NCBI GenBank assembly: GCA_043228905.1
Contig: JBHGNT010000063.1
Coordinates: forward strand, 62,001 to 126,000
DNA: 64,000 nt
Direction of reading: 5' to 3'
DNA from: Azolla caroliniana
Lineage: Eukaryota > Plantae > Polypodiophyta
Shown here: in pieces, positions 1 to 12,000 of the stretch
Position numbering within the stretch: position 1 is the stretch's first letter
Layout of the letters: every line of letters begins with the position of its first letter
Translations under genes and position numbers: made by a program
The notes under the pieces: generated by a model
The model's database searches: none
The model's input: the letters and a program-made list of their open reading frames with translations, nothing else
Told to the model about the DNA's origin: nothing

Positions 1-3000
1 TGCGAATCGAAGCTAACAGCGCTACCTATGATATGGAATTAAAAAATCAAGATTTTGAAACTCAAGTCGAGAGACATGACGAAATTACCAAATTTGAGGA
101 GTGAGTTGAGAACAGCCCTTGAGTAAATTAAAATGTTCATACCTGGCTCGTGTAATATCGGATTTTTGTGTTCAAACATGCAAATCGAAGCTAACAACGC
201 GAGCTATGATATGGAATTAAAAAATCAAGATTTTGAAACTCAGGTCGAGAGACATGACGAAATTACCAAATTTGAGGAGTGAGTTGAGAACAGCCCTTGA
301 GTAAATTAAAATGTTCATGCCTGGCTCGTGTAATATCGGATTTTTGTGTTCAAACATGCGAATCGAAGCTAACGACGCGAGCTATGATATGGAATTAAAA
401 AATCAAGATTTTGAAACTCAGGTCAAGAGACATGACGAAAATAGCAAACTTGAGGAGGGAGTTGAGAGGAGCCCTTGAGTTAATTAAAATGTTCATACCT
501 GGCTCGTGTGATATCGGATTTTTGTGTTTAAACATGCAAACCGAAGCTAACAACGCTAGCTATGATATGGAATTAAAAAATCAAGAGTTTGAAACTCAGG
601 TCGAGAGACATGACGAAATTACCAAATTTGAGGAGTGAGTTGAGAAGAGCTAGTAGGTAAATTTAAATGTTCATACTTGGCTCGTGTGATATCGGATTTT
701 TGTGTTCAAACATGCGAATCGAAGCTAACAACGATAGCTATGATATGGAATTAAAAAATCAAGATTTTCAAACTCAAGTCGAGAGACATGACGAAATTAC
801 CAAATTTGAGGAGTGAGTTGAGAAGAGCCCTTGAGTAAATTAAAATGTTCATACCTGGCTCGTGTGATATCGGAATTTTGTGTTCAAACATGCAAATCGA
901 AGCTAACAACGCTAGCTATGATATGGAATTAAAAAATCAAGATTTTGAAACTCAGGTCGAGAGACATGACGAAATTACCAAATTTGAGGAGTGAGTTGAG
1001 AACAGCCCTTGAGTAAATTAAAATGTTCATACCTGGCTCATGTAATATCGGATTTTTGTTTTCAAACATGCGAATCGAAGCTAACACTTCTAGCTATGAT
1101 ATGGAATTAAAAAATCAAGATTTTGAAACTCAGGTCGAGAGACTTGACGAAATTACCAAAGCTGAGGAGTGAGTTCAGAACAGCCCTTGAGTAAATTAAA
1201 ATGTTCATACCTGGCTCGTGTGATATCGGATTTTTGTGTTCAAACATGCAAATCGAAGCTAACAACGCTAGCTATGATATGGAATTAAAAAATCAAGATT
1301 TTGAAACTCAAGTCCAGAGACATGACGAAAATAGCAAACTTGAGGAGGGAGTTGAGAGGAGCCCTTGAGTAAATTAAAATGTTCATACCTGGCTCGTGTG
1401 ATATCGGATTTTTGTGTTCAAACATGCAAATCGAAGCTAACAACGCTAGCTATGATATGGAATTAAAAAATCAAGATTTTGAAACTCAGGTCGAGAGACA
1501 TGACGAAATTACCAAACTTGAGGAGTGAGTTGAGAAGAGCCCTTGAGTAAATTAAAATGTTCATACCTGGCTCGTGTGATATCGGAATTTTGTGTTCAAA
1601 CATGCAAATCGAAGCTAACAACGCTAGGTATGATATGGAATTAAAAAATCAAGATTTTGAAACTCAAGTCGAGAGACATGACGAAATTACCAAATTTGAG
1701 GAGTGAGTTGAGAAGAGCCCTTGAGTAAATTAAAATGTTCATACCTGGCTCGTGTGATATCGGAATTTTGTGTTCAAACATGCAAATCGAAGCTAACAAC
1801 GCTAGCTATGATATGGAATTAAAAAATCAAGATTTTGAAACTCAGGTCGAGAGACATGACGAAATTACCAAATTTGAGGAGTGAGTTGAGAAGAGCCCTT
1901 GAGTAAATTAAAATGTTCATACCTGGCTCGTGTGATATCGGATTTTTGTGTTCAAACATGCAAATCGAAGCTAACAACGCTAGCTATGATATGGAATTAA
2001 AAAATCAAGATTTCGAAACTCAAGTCCAGAGACATGACGAAAATAGCAAACTTGAGGAGGGAGTTGAGAGGAGCCCTTGAGTAAATTAAAATGTTCATAC
2101 CTGGCTCGTGTGATATCGGATTTTTGTGTTCAAACATGCGAATCGAAGCTAACAACGCTACCTATGATATGGAATTAAAAAATTAAGATTTTGAAACTCA
2201 GGTCGAGAGACATGACGAAATTACCAAATTTGAGGAGTGAGTTGAGAGGAGCCCTTGAGTAAATTAAAATGTTCATACCTGGCTCATGTGATATCGGATT
2301 TTTGTGTTCAAACATGCAAATCGAAGCTAACAACGCTAGCTATGATATGGAATTAAAAATTCAAGAATTTGAAACTCAGGTCAAGAGACATGACGAAAAT
2401 AGCAAACTTGAGGAGGGAGTTGAGAGGAGCCCTTGAGTTAATTAAAATGTTCATACCTGGCTCGTGTGATATCGGATTTTTGTGTTTAAACATGCAAACC
2501 GAAGCTAACAACGCTAGCTATGATATGGAATTAAAAAATCAAGAGTTTGAAACTCAGGTCGAGAGACATGACGAAATTACCAAATTTGAGGAGTGAGTTG
2601 AGAAGAGCTAGTAGGTAAATTTAAATGTTCATACTTGGCTCGTGTGATATCGGATTTTTGTGTTCAAACATGCGAATCGAAGCTAACAACGATAGCTATG
2701 ATATGGAATTAAAAAATCAAGATTTTCAAACTCAAGTCGAGAGACATGACGAAATTACCAAATTTGAGGAGTGAGTTGAGAAGAGCCCTTGAGTAAATTA
2801 AAATGTTCATACCTGGCTCGTGTGATATCGGAATTTTGTGTTCAAACATGCAAATCGAAGCTAACAACGCTAGCTATGATATGGAATTAAAAAATCAAGA
2901 TTTTGAAACTCAGGTCGAGAGACATGACGAAATTACCAAATTTGAGGAGTGAGTTCAGAACAGCCCTTGAGTAAATTAAAATGTTCATACCTGGCTCGTG

Positions 3001-6000
3001 TTATATCGGATTTTTGTGTTCAAACATGCAAATCGAAGCTAACAACGCTAGCTATGATATGGAATTAAAAAATCAAGATTTTGAAACTCAAGTCCAGAGA
3101 CATGACGAAAATAGCAAACTTGAGGAGGGAGTTGAGAGGAGCCCTTGAGTAAATTAAAATGTTCATACCTGGCTCGTGTGATATCGGATTTTTGTGTTCA
3201 AACATGCAAATCGAAGCTAACAACGCTAGCTATGATATGGAATTAAAAAATCAAGATTTTGAAACTCAGGTCGAGAGACATGACGAAATTACCAAATTTG
3301 AGGAGTGAGTTGAGAAGAGCCCTTGAGTAAATTAAAATGTTCATACCTGGCTCGTGTGATATCGGAATTTTGTGTTCAAACATGCAAATCGAAGCTAACA
3401 ACGCTAGGTATGATATGGAATTAAAAAATCAAGATTTTGAAACTCAAGTCGAGAGACATGACGAAATTACCAAATTTGAGGAGTGAGTTGAGAAGAGCCC
3501 TTGAGCAAATTAAAATGTTCATACCTGGCTCGTGTGATATCGGAATTTTGTGTTCAAACATGCAAATCGAAGCTAACAACGCTAGCTATGATATGGAATT
3601 AAAAAATCAAGATTTTGAAACTCAGGTCGAGAGACATGACGAAATTACCAAATTTGAGGAGTGAGTTGAGAAGAGCCCTTGAGTAAATTAAAATGTTCAT
3701 ACCTGGCTCGTGTGATATCGGAATTTTGTGTTCAAACATGCAAATCGAAGCTAACAACGCTAGCTATGATATGGAATTAAAAAATCAAGATTTTGAAACT
3801 CAGGTCGAGAGACATGACGAAATTACCAAATTTGAGGAGTGAGTTGAGAACAGCCCTTGAGTAAATTAAAATGTTCATACCTGGCTCATGTAATATCGGA
3901 TTTTTGTTTTCAAACATGCAAATCGAAGCTAACACTTCTAGCTATGATATGGAATTAAAAAATCAAGATTTTGAAACTCAGGTCGATAGACTTGACGAAA
4001 TTACCAAAGCTGAGGAGTGAGTTCAGAACAGCCCTTGAGTAAATTAAAATGTTCATACCTGGCTCGTGTTATATCGGATTTTTGTGTTCAAACATGCAAA
4101 TCGAAGCTAACAACGCTAGCTATGATATGGAATTAAAAAATCAAGATTTTGAAACTCAAGTCCAGAGACATGACGAAAATAGCAAACTTGAGGAGGGAGT
4201 TGAGAGGAGCCCTTGAGTAAATTAGAATGTTCATACCTGGCTCGTGTGATATCGGATTTTTGTGTTCAAACATGCAAATCGAAGCTAACAATGCTAGCTA
4301 TGATATGGAATTAAAAAATCAAGATTTTGAAACTCAGGTCGAGAGACATGACGAAATTACCAAGTTTGAGGAGTGAGTTGAGAAGAGCCCTTGAGTAAAT
4401 TAAAATGTTCATACCTGGCTCGTGTGATATCGGAATTTTGTGTTCAAACATGCAAATCGAAGCTAACAACGCTAGGTATGATATGGAATTAAAAAATCAA
4501 GATTTTGAAACTCAAGTCGAGAGACATGACGAAATTACCAAATTTGAGGAGTGAGTTGAGAAGAGCCCTTGAGTAAATTAAAATGTTCATACCTGGCTCG
4601 TGTGATATCGGAATTTTGTGTTCAAACATGCAAATCGAAGCTAACAACGCTAGCTATGATATGGAATTAAAAACTCAAGATTTTGAAACTCAGGTCGAGA
4701 GACATGACGAAATTACCAAATTTGAGGAGTGAGTTGAGAAGAGCCCTTGAGTAAATTAAAATGTTCATACCTGGCTCGTGTGATATCGGAATTTTGTGTT
4801 CAAACATGCAAATCGAAGCTAACAACGCTAGGTATGATATGGAATTAAAAAATCAAGATTTTGAAACTCAAGTCGAGAGACATGACGAAATTACCAAATT
4901 TGAGGAGTGAGTTGACAAGAGCCCTTGAGTAAATTAAAATGTTCATACCTGGCTCGTGTGATATCGGAATTTTGTGTTCAAACTTGCAAATCGAAGCTAA
5001 CAACGCTAGATATGATATGGAATTAAAAAATCAAGATTTTGAAACTCAGGTCGAGAGACATGACGAAATTATCAAATTTGAGGAGTGAGTTGAGAACAAC
5101 CCTTGAGTAAATTAAAATGTTCATACCTGGCTCGTGTAATATCGGATTTTTGTGTTCAAACATGCGAATCGAAGCTAACACTTCTAGCTATGATATGGAA
5201 TCAAAAAACCAAGATTTTTAAACTCAGGTCGAGAGACATGACGAAATTACCAAATTTGAGGAGTGAGTTGAGAAGAGCTAGTAGGTAAATTTAAATGTTC
5301 ATACCTAGCTCGTGTGATATCGGATTTTTGTGTTCAAACATGCAAATCGAAGCTAACAACGCTAGCTATGATATGGAATTAAAAATTCAAGAATTTGAAA
5401 CTCAGGTCAAGAGACATGACGAAAATAGCGAACTTGAGGAGGGAGTTGAGAGGAGCCCTTGAGTAAATTAAAATGTTCATACCTGGCTCGTGTGATATCG
5501 GAATTTTGTGTTCAAACATGCAAATCGAAGCTAACAACGCTAGGTATGATATGGAATTAAAAAATCAAGATTTTGAAACTCAGGTCGAGAGACATGACGA
5601 AATTACCAAATTTGAGGAGTGAGTTGAGAAGAGCCCTTGAGTAAATTAAAATGTTCATACCTGGCTCGTGTGATATCGGAATTTTGTGTTCAAACATGCA
5701 AATCGAAGCTAACAACGCTAGGTATGATATGGAATTAAAAAATCAAGATTTTGAAACTCAAGTCGAGAGACATGACGAAATTACCAAATTTGAGGAGTGA
5801 GTTGAGAAGAGCCCTTGAGTAAATTAAAATGTTCATACCTGGCTCGTGTGATATCGGAATTTTGTGTTCAAACATGCAAATCGAAGCTAACAACGCTAGC
5901 TATGATATGGAATTAAAAAATCAAGATTTTGAAACTCAGGTCGAGAGACATGACGAAATTACCAAATTTGAGGAGTGAGTTGAGAAGAGCCCTTGAGTAA

Positions 6001-9000
6001 ATTAAAATGTTCATACCTGGCTCGTGTGATATCGGATTTTTGTGTTCAAACATGCAAATCGAAGCTAACAACGCTAGCTATGATATGGAATTAAAAAATC
6101 AAGATTTCGAAACTCAAGTCCAGAGACATGACGAAAATAGCAAACTTGAGGAGGGAGTTGAGAGGAGCCCTTGAGTAAATTAAAATGTTCATACCTGGCT
6201 CGTGTGATATCGGATTTTTGTGTTCAAACATGCAAATCGAAGCTAACAACGCGAGCTATGATATGGAATTAAAAAATCAAGATTTTGAAACTCAGGTCGA
6301 GAGACATGACGAAATTACCAAATTTGAGGAGTGAGTTGAGAAGAGCTAGTAGGTAAATTTAAATGTTCATACTTGGCTCGTGTGATATCGGATTTTTGTG
6401 TTCAAACATGCGAATCGAAGCTAACAACGATAGCTATGATATGGAATTAAAAAATCAAGATTTTCAAACTCAAGTCGAGAGACATGACGAAATTACCAAA
6501 TTTGAGGAGTGAGTTGAGAAGAGCCCTTGAGTAAATTAAAATGTTCATACCTGGCTCGTGTGATATCGGAATTTTGTGTTCAAACATGCAAATCGAAGCT
6601 AACAACGCTAGCTATGATATGGAATTAAAAAATCAAGATTTTGAAACTCAGGTCGAGAGACATGACGAAATTACCAAATTTGAGGAGTGAGTTGAGAACA
6701 GCCCTTGAGTAAATTAAAATGTTCATACCTGGCTCATGTAATATCGGATTTTTGTTTTCAAACATGCGAATCGAAGCTAACACTTCTAGCTATGATATGG
6801 AATTAAAAAATCAAGATTTTGAAACTCAGGTCGAGAGACTTGACGAAATTACCAAAGCTGAGGAGTGAGTTCAGAACAGCCCTTGAGTAAATTAAAATGT
6901 TCATACCTGGCTCGTGTTATATCGGATTTTTGTGTTCAAACATGCAAATCGAAGCTAACAACGCTAGCTATGATATGGAATTAAAAAATCAAGATTTTGA
7001 AACTCAAGTCCAGAGACATGACGAAAATAGCAAACTTGAGGAGGGAGTTGAGAGGAGCCCTTGAGTAAATTAAAATGTTCATACCTGGCTCGTGTGATAT
7101 CGGATTTTTGTGTTCAAACATGCAAATCGAAGCTAACAACGCTAGCTATGATATGGAATTAAAAAATCAAGATTTTGAAACTCAGGTCGAGAGACATGAC
7201 GAAATTACCAAATTTGAGGAGTGAGTTGAGAAGAGCCCTTGAGTAAATTAAAATGTTCATACCTGGCTCGTGTGATATCGGAATTTTGTGTTCAAACATG
7301 CAAATCGAAGCTAACAACGCTAGGTATGATATGGAATTAAAAAATCAAGATTTTGAAACTCAAGTCGAGAGACATGACGAAATTACCAAATTTGAGGAGT
7401 GAGTTGAGAAGAGCCCTTGAGCAAATTAAAATGTTCATACCTGGCTCGTGTGATATCGGAATTTTGTGTTCAAACATGCAAATCGAAGCTAACAACGCTA
7501 GCTATGATATGGAATTAAAAAATCAAGATTTTGAAACTCAGGTCGAGAGACATGACGAAATTACCAAATTTGAGGAGTGAGTTGAGAAGAGCCCTTGAGT
7601 AAATTAAAATGTTCATACCTGGCTCGTGTGATATCGGAATTTTGTGTTCAAACATGCAAATCGAAGCTAACAACGCTAGCTATGATATGGAATTAAAAAA
7701 TCAAGATTTTGAAACTCAGGTCGAGAGACATGACGAAATTACCAAATTTGAGGAGTGAGTTGAGAACAGCCCTTGAGTAAATTAAAATGTTCATACCTGG
7801 CTCATGTAATATCGGATTTTTGTTTTCAAACATGCAAATCGAAGCTAACACTTCTAGCTATGATATGGAATTAAAAAATCAAGATTTTGAAACTCAGGTC
7901 GATAGACTTGACGAAATTACCAAAGCTGAGGAGTGAGTTCAGAACAGCCCTTGAGTAAATTAAAATGTTCATACCTGGCTCGTGTTATATCGGATTTTTG
8001 TGTTCAAACATGCAAATCGAAGCTAACAACGCTAGCTATGATATGGAATTAAAAAATCAAGATTTTGAAACTCAAGTCCAGAGACATGACGAAAATAGCA
8101 AACTTGAGGAGGGAGTTGAGAGGAGCCCTTGAGTAAATTAGAATGTTCATACCTGGCTCGTGTGATATCGGATTTTTGTGTTCAAACATGCAAATCGAAG
8201 CTAACAATGCTAGCTATGATATGGAATTAAAAAATCAAGATTTTGAAACTCAGGTCGAGAGACATGACGAAATTACCAAGTTTGAGGAGTGAGTTGAGAA
8301 GAGCCCTTGAGTAAATTAAAATGTTCATACCTGGCTCGTGTGATATCGGAATTTTGTGTTCAAACATGCAAATCGAAGCTAACAACGCTAGGTATGATAT
8401 GGAATTAAAAAATCAAGATTTTGAAACTCAAGTCGAGAGACATGACGAAATTACCAAATTTGAGGAGTGAGTTGAGAAGAGCCCTTGAGTAAATTAAAAT
8501 GTTCATACCTGGCTCGTGTGATATCGGAATTTTGTGTTCAAACATGCAAATCGAAGCTAACAACGCTAGCTATGATATGGAATTAAAAACTCAAGATTTT
8601 GAAACTCAGGTCGAGAGACATGACGAAATTACCAAATTTGAGGAGTGAGTTGAGAAGAGCCCTTGAGTAAATTAAAATGTTCATACCTGGCTCGTGTGAT
8701 ATCGGAATTTTGTGTTCAAACATGCAAATCGAAGCTAACAACGCTAGGTATGATATGGAATTAAAAAATCAAGATTTTGAAACTCAAGTCGAGAGACATG
8801 ACGAAATTACCAAATTTGAGGAGTGAGTTGACAAGAGCCCTTGAGTAAATTAAAATGTTCATACCTGGCTCGTGTGATATCGGAATTTTGTGTTCAAACT
8901 TGCAAATCGAAGCTAACAACGCTAGATATGATATGGAATTAAAAAATCAAGATTTTGAAACTCAGGTCGAGAGACATGACGAAATTATCAAATTTGAGGA

Positions 9001-12000
9001 GTGAGTTGAGAACAACCCTTGAGTAAATTAAAATGTTCATACCTGGCTCGTGTAATATCGGATTTTTGTGTTCAAACATGCGAATCGAAGCTAACACTTC
9101 TAGCTATGATATGGAATCAAAAAACCAAGATTTTTAAACTCAGGTCGAGAGACATGACGAAATTACCAAATTTGAGGAGTGAGTTGAGAAGAGCTAGTAG
9201 GTAAATTTAAATGTTCATACCTAGCTCGTGTGATATCGGATTTTTGTGTTCAAACATGCAAATCGAAGCTAACAACGCTAGCTATGATATGGAATTAAAA
9301 ATTCAAGAATTTGAAACTCAGGTCAAGAGACATGACGAAAATAGCGAACTTGAGGAGGGAGTTGAGAGGAGCCCTTGAGTAAATTAAAATGTTCATACCT
9401 GGCTCGTGTGATATCGGAATTTTGTGTTCAAACATGCAAATCGAAGCTAACAACGCTAGGTATGATATGGAATTAAAAAATCAAGATTTTGAAACTCAGG
9501 TCGAGAGACATGACGAAATTACCAAATTTGAGGAGTGAGTTGAGAAGAGCCCTTGAGTAAATTAAAATGTTCATACCTGGCTCGTGTGATATCGGAATTT
9601 TGTGTTCAAACATGCAAATCGAAGCTAACAACGCTAGGTATGATATGGAATTAAAAAATCAAGATTTTGAAACTCAAGTCGAGAGACATGACGAAATTAC
9701 CAAATTTGAGGAGTGAGTTGAGAAGAGCCCTTGAGTAAATTAAAATGTTCATACCTGGCTCGTGTGATATCGGAATTTTGTGTTCAAACATGCAAATCGA
9801 AGCTAACAACGCTAGCTATGATATGGAATTAAAAAATCAAGATTTTGAAACTCAGGTCGAGAGACATGACGAAATTACCAAATTTGAGGAGTGAGTTGAG
9901 AAGAGCCCTTGAGTAAATTAAAATGTTCATACCTGGCTCGTGTGATATCGGATTTTTGTGTTCAAACATGCAAATCGAAGCTAACAACGCTAGCTATGAT
10001 ATGGAATTAAAAAATCAAGATTTCGAAACTCAAGTCCAGAGACATGACGAAAATAGCAAACTTGAGGAGGGAGTTGAGAGGAGCCCTTGAGTAAATTAAA
10101 ATGTTCATACCTGGCTCGTGTGATATCGGATTTTTGTGTTCAAACATGCGAATCGAAGCTAACAACGCTACCTATGATATGGAATTGAAAAATTAAGATT
10201 TTGAAACTCAGGTCGAGAGACATGACGAAATTACCAAATTTGAGGAGTGAGTTGAGAGGAGCCCTTGAGTAAATTAAAATGTTCATACCTGGCTCGTGTG
10301 ATATCGGATTTTTGTGTTCAAACATGCAAATCGAAGCTAACAACGCTAGCTATGATATGGAATTAAAAATTCAAGAATTTGAAACTCAGGTCAAGAGACA
10401 TGACGAAAATAGCAAACTTGAGGAGGGAGTTGAGAGGAGCCCTTGAGTTAATTAAAATGTTCATACCTGGCTCGTGTGATATCGGATTTTTGTGTTTAAA
10501 CATGCAAACCGAAGCTAACAACGCTAGCTATGATATGGAATTAAAAAATCAAGAGTTTGAAACTCAGGTCGAGAGACATGACGAAATTACCAAATTTGAG
10601 GAGTGAGTTGAGAAGAGCTAGTAGGTAAATTTAAATGTTCATACTTGGCTCGTGTGATATCGGATTTTTGTGTTCAAACATGCGAATCGAAGCTAACAAC
10701 GATAGCTATGATATGGAATTAAAAAATCAAGATTTTCAAACTCAAGTCGAGAGACATGACGAAATTACCAAATTTGAGGAGTGAGTTGAGAAGAGCCCTT
10801 GAGTAAATTAAAATGTTCATACCTGGCTCGTGTGATATCGGAATTTTGTGTTCAAACATGCAAATCGAAGCTAACAACGCTAGCTATGATATGGAATTAA
10901 AAAATCAAGATTTTGAAACTCAGGTCGAGAGACATGACGAAATTACCAAATTTGAGGAGTGAGTTGAGAACAGCCCTTGAGTAAATTAAAATGTTCATAC
11001 CTGGCTCGTGTGATATCGGATTTTTGTGTTCAAACATGCAAATCGAAGCTAACAACGCTAGCTATGATATGGAATTAAAAAATCAAGATTTCGAAACTCA
11101 AGTCCAGAGACATGACGAAATTACCAAAGCTGAGGAGTGAGTTCAGAACAGCCCTTGAGTAAATTAAAATGTTCATACCTGGCTCGTGTTATATCGGATT
11201 TTTGTGTTCAAACATGCAAATCGAAGCTAACAACGCTATCTATGATATGGAATTAAAAAATCAAGATTTTGAAACTCAAGTCCAGAGACATGACGAAAAT
11301 AGCAAACTTGAGGAGGGAGTTGAGAGGAGCCCTTGAGTAAATTAAAATGTTCATACCTGGCTCGTGTGATATCGGATTTTTGTGTTCAAACATGCAAATC
11401 GAAGCTAACAACGCTAGCTATGATATGGAATTAAAAAATCAAGATTTTGAAACTCAGGTCGAGAGACATGACGAAATTACCAAATTTGAGGAGTGAGTTG
11501 AGAAGAGCCCTTGAGTAAATTAAAATGTTCATACCTGGCTCGTGTGATATCGGAATTTTGTGTTCAAACATGCAAATCGAAGCTAACAACGCTAGCTATG
11601 ATATGGAATTAAAAAATCAAGATTTTGAAACTCAAGTCGAGAGACATGACGAAATTACCAAATTTGAGGAGTGAGTTGAGAAGAGCCCTTGAGCAAATTA
11701 AAATGTTCATACCTGGCTCGTGTGATATCGGAATTTTGTGTTCAAACATGCAAATCGAAGCTAACAACGCTAGCTATGATATGGAATTAAAAAATCAAGA
11801 TTTTGAAACTCAGGTCGAGAGACATGACGAAATTACCAAATTTGAGGAGTGAGTTGAGAAGAGCCCTTGAGTAAATTAAAATGTTCATACCTGGCTCGTG
11901 TGATATCAGAATTTTGTGTTCAAACATGCAAATCGAAGCTAACAACGCTAGCTATGATATGGAATTAAAAAATCAAGATTTTGAAACTCAGGTCGAGAGA

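Noticed and set aside
96-104. GAGGAG as a Shine-Dalgarno site, and AT-rich tracts as promoters
   Set aside because: These are chance motifs in every monomer with no credible downstream gene.
1-178. Identification as Arabidopsis CEN178 or another named 178-bp satellite
   Set aside because: The length matches but I do not recognise the sequence as CEN178 (it has AAGCTA rather than the HindIII site AAGCTT). I cannot assign a family without a BLAST search.
1-178. 5S rDNA, tRNA, snRNA or spliced-leader tandem gene array
   Set aside because: I found no recognisable RNA gene sequence, cloverleaf or pol III A/B/C box. Variation is spread along the monomer rather than split into a conserved gene and a variable spacer.
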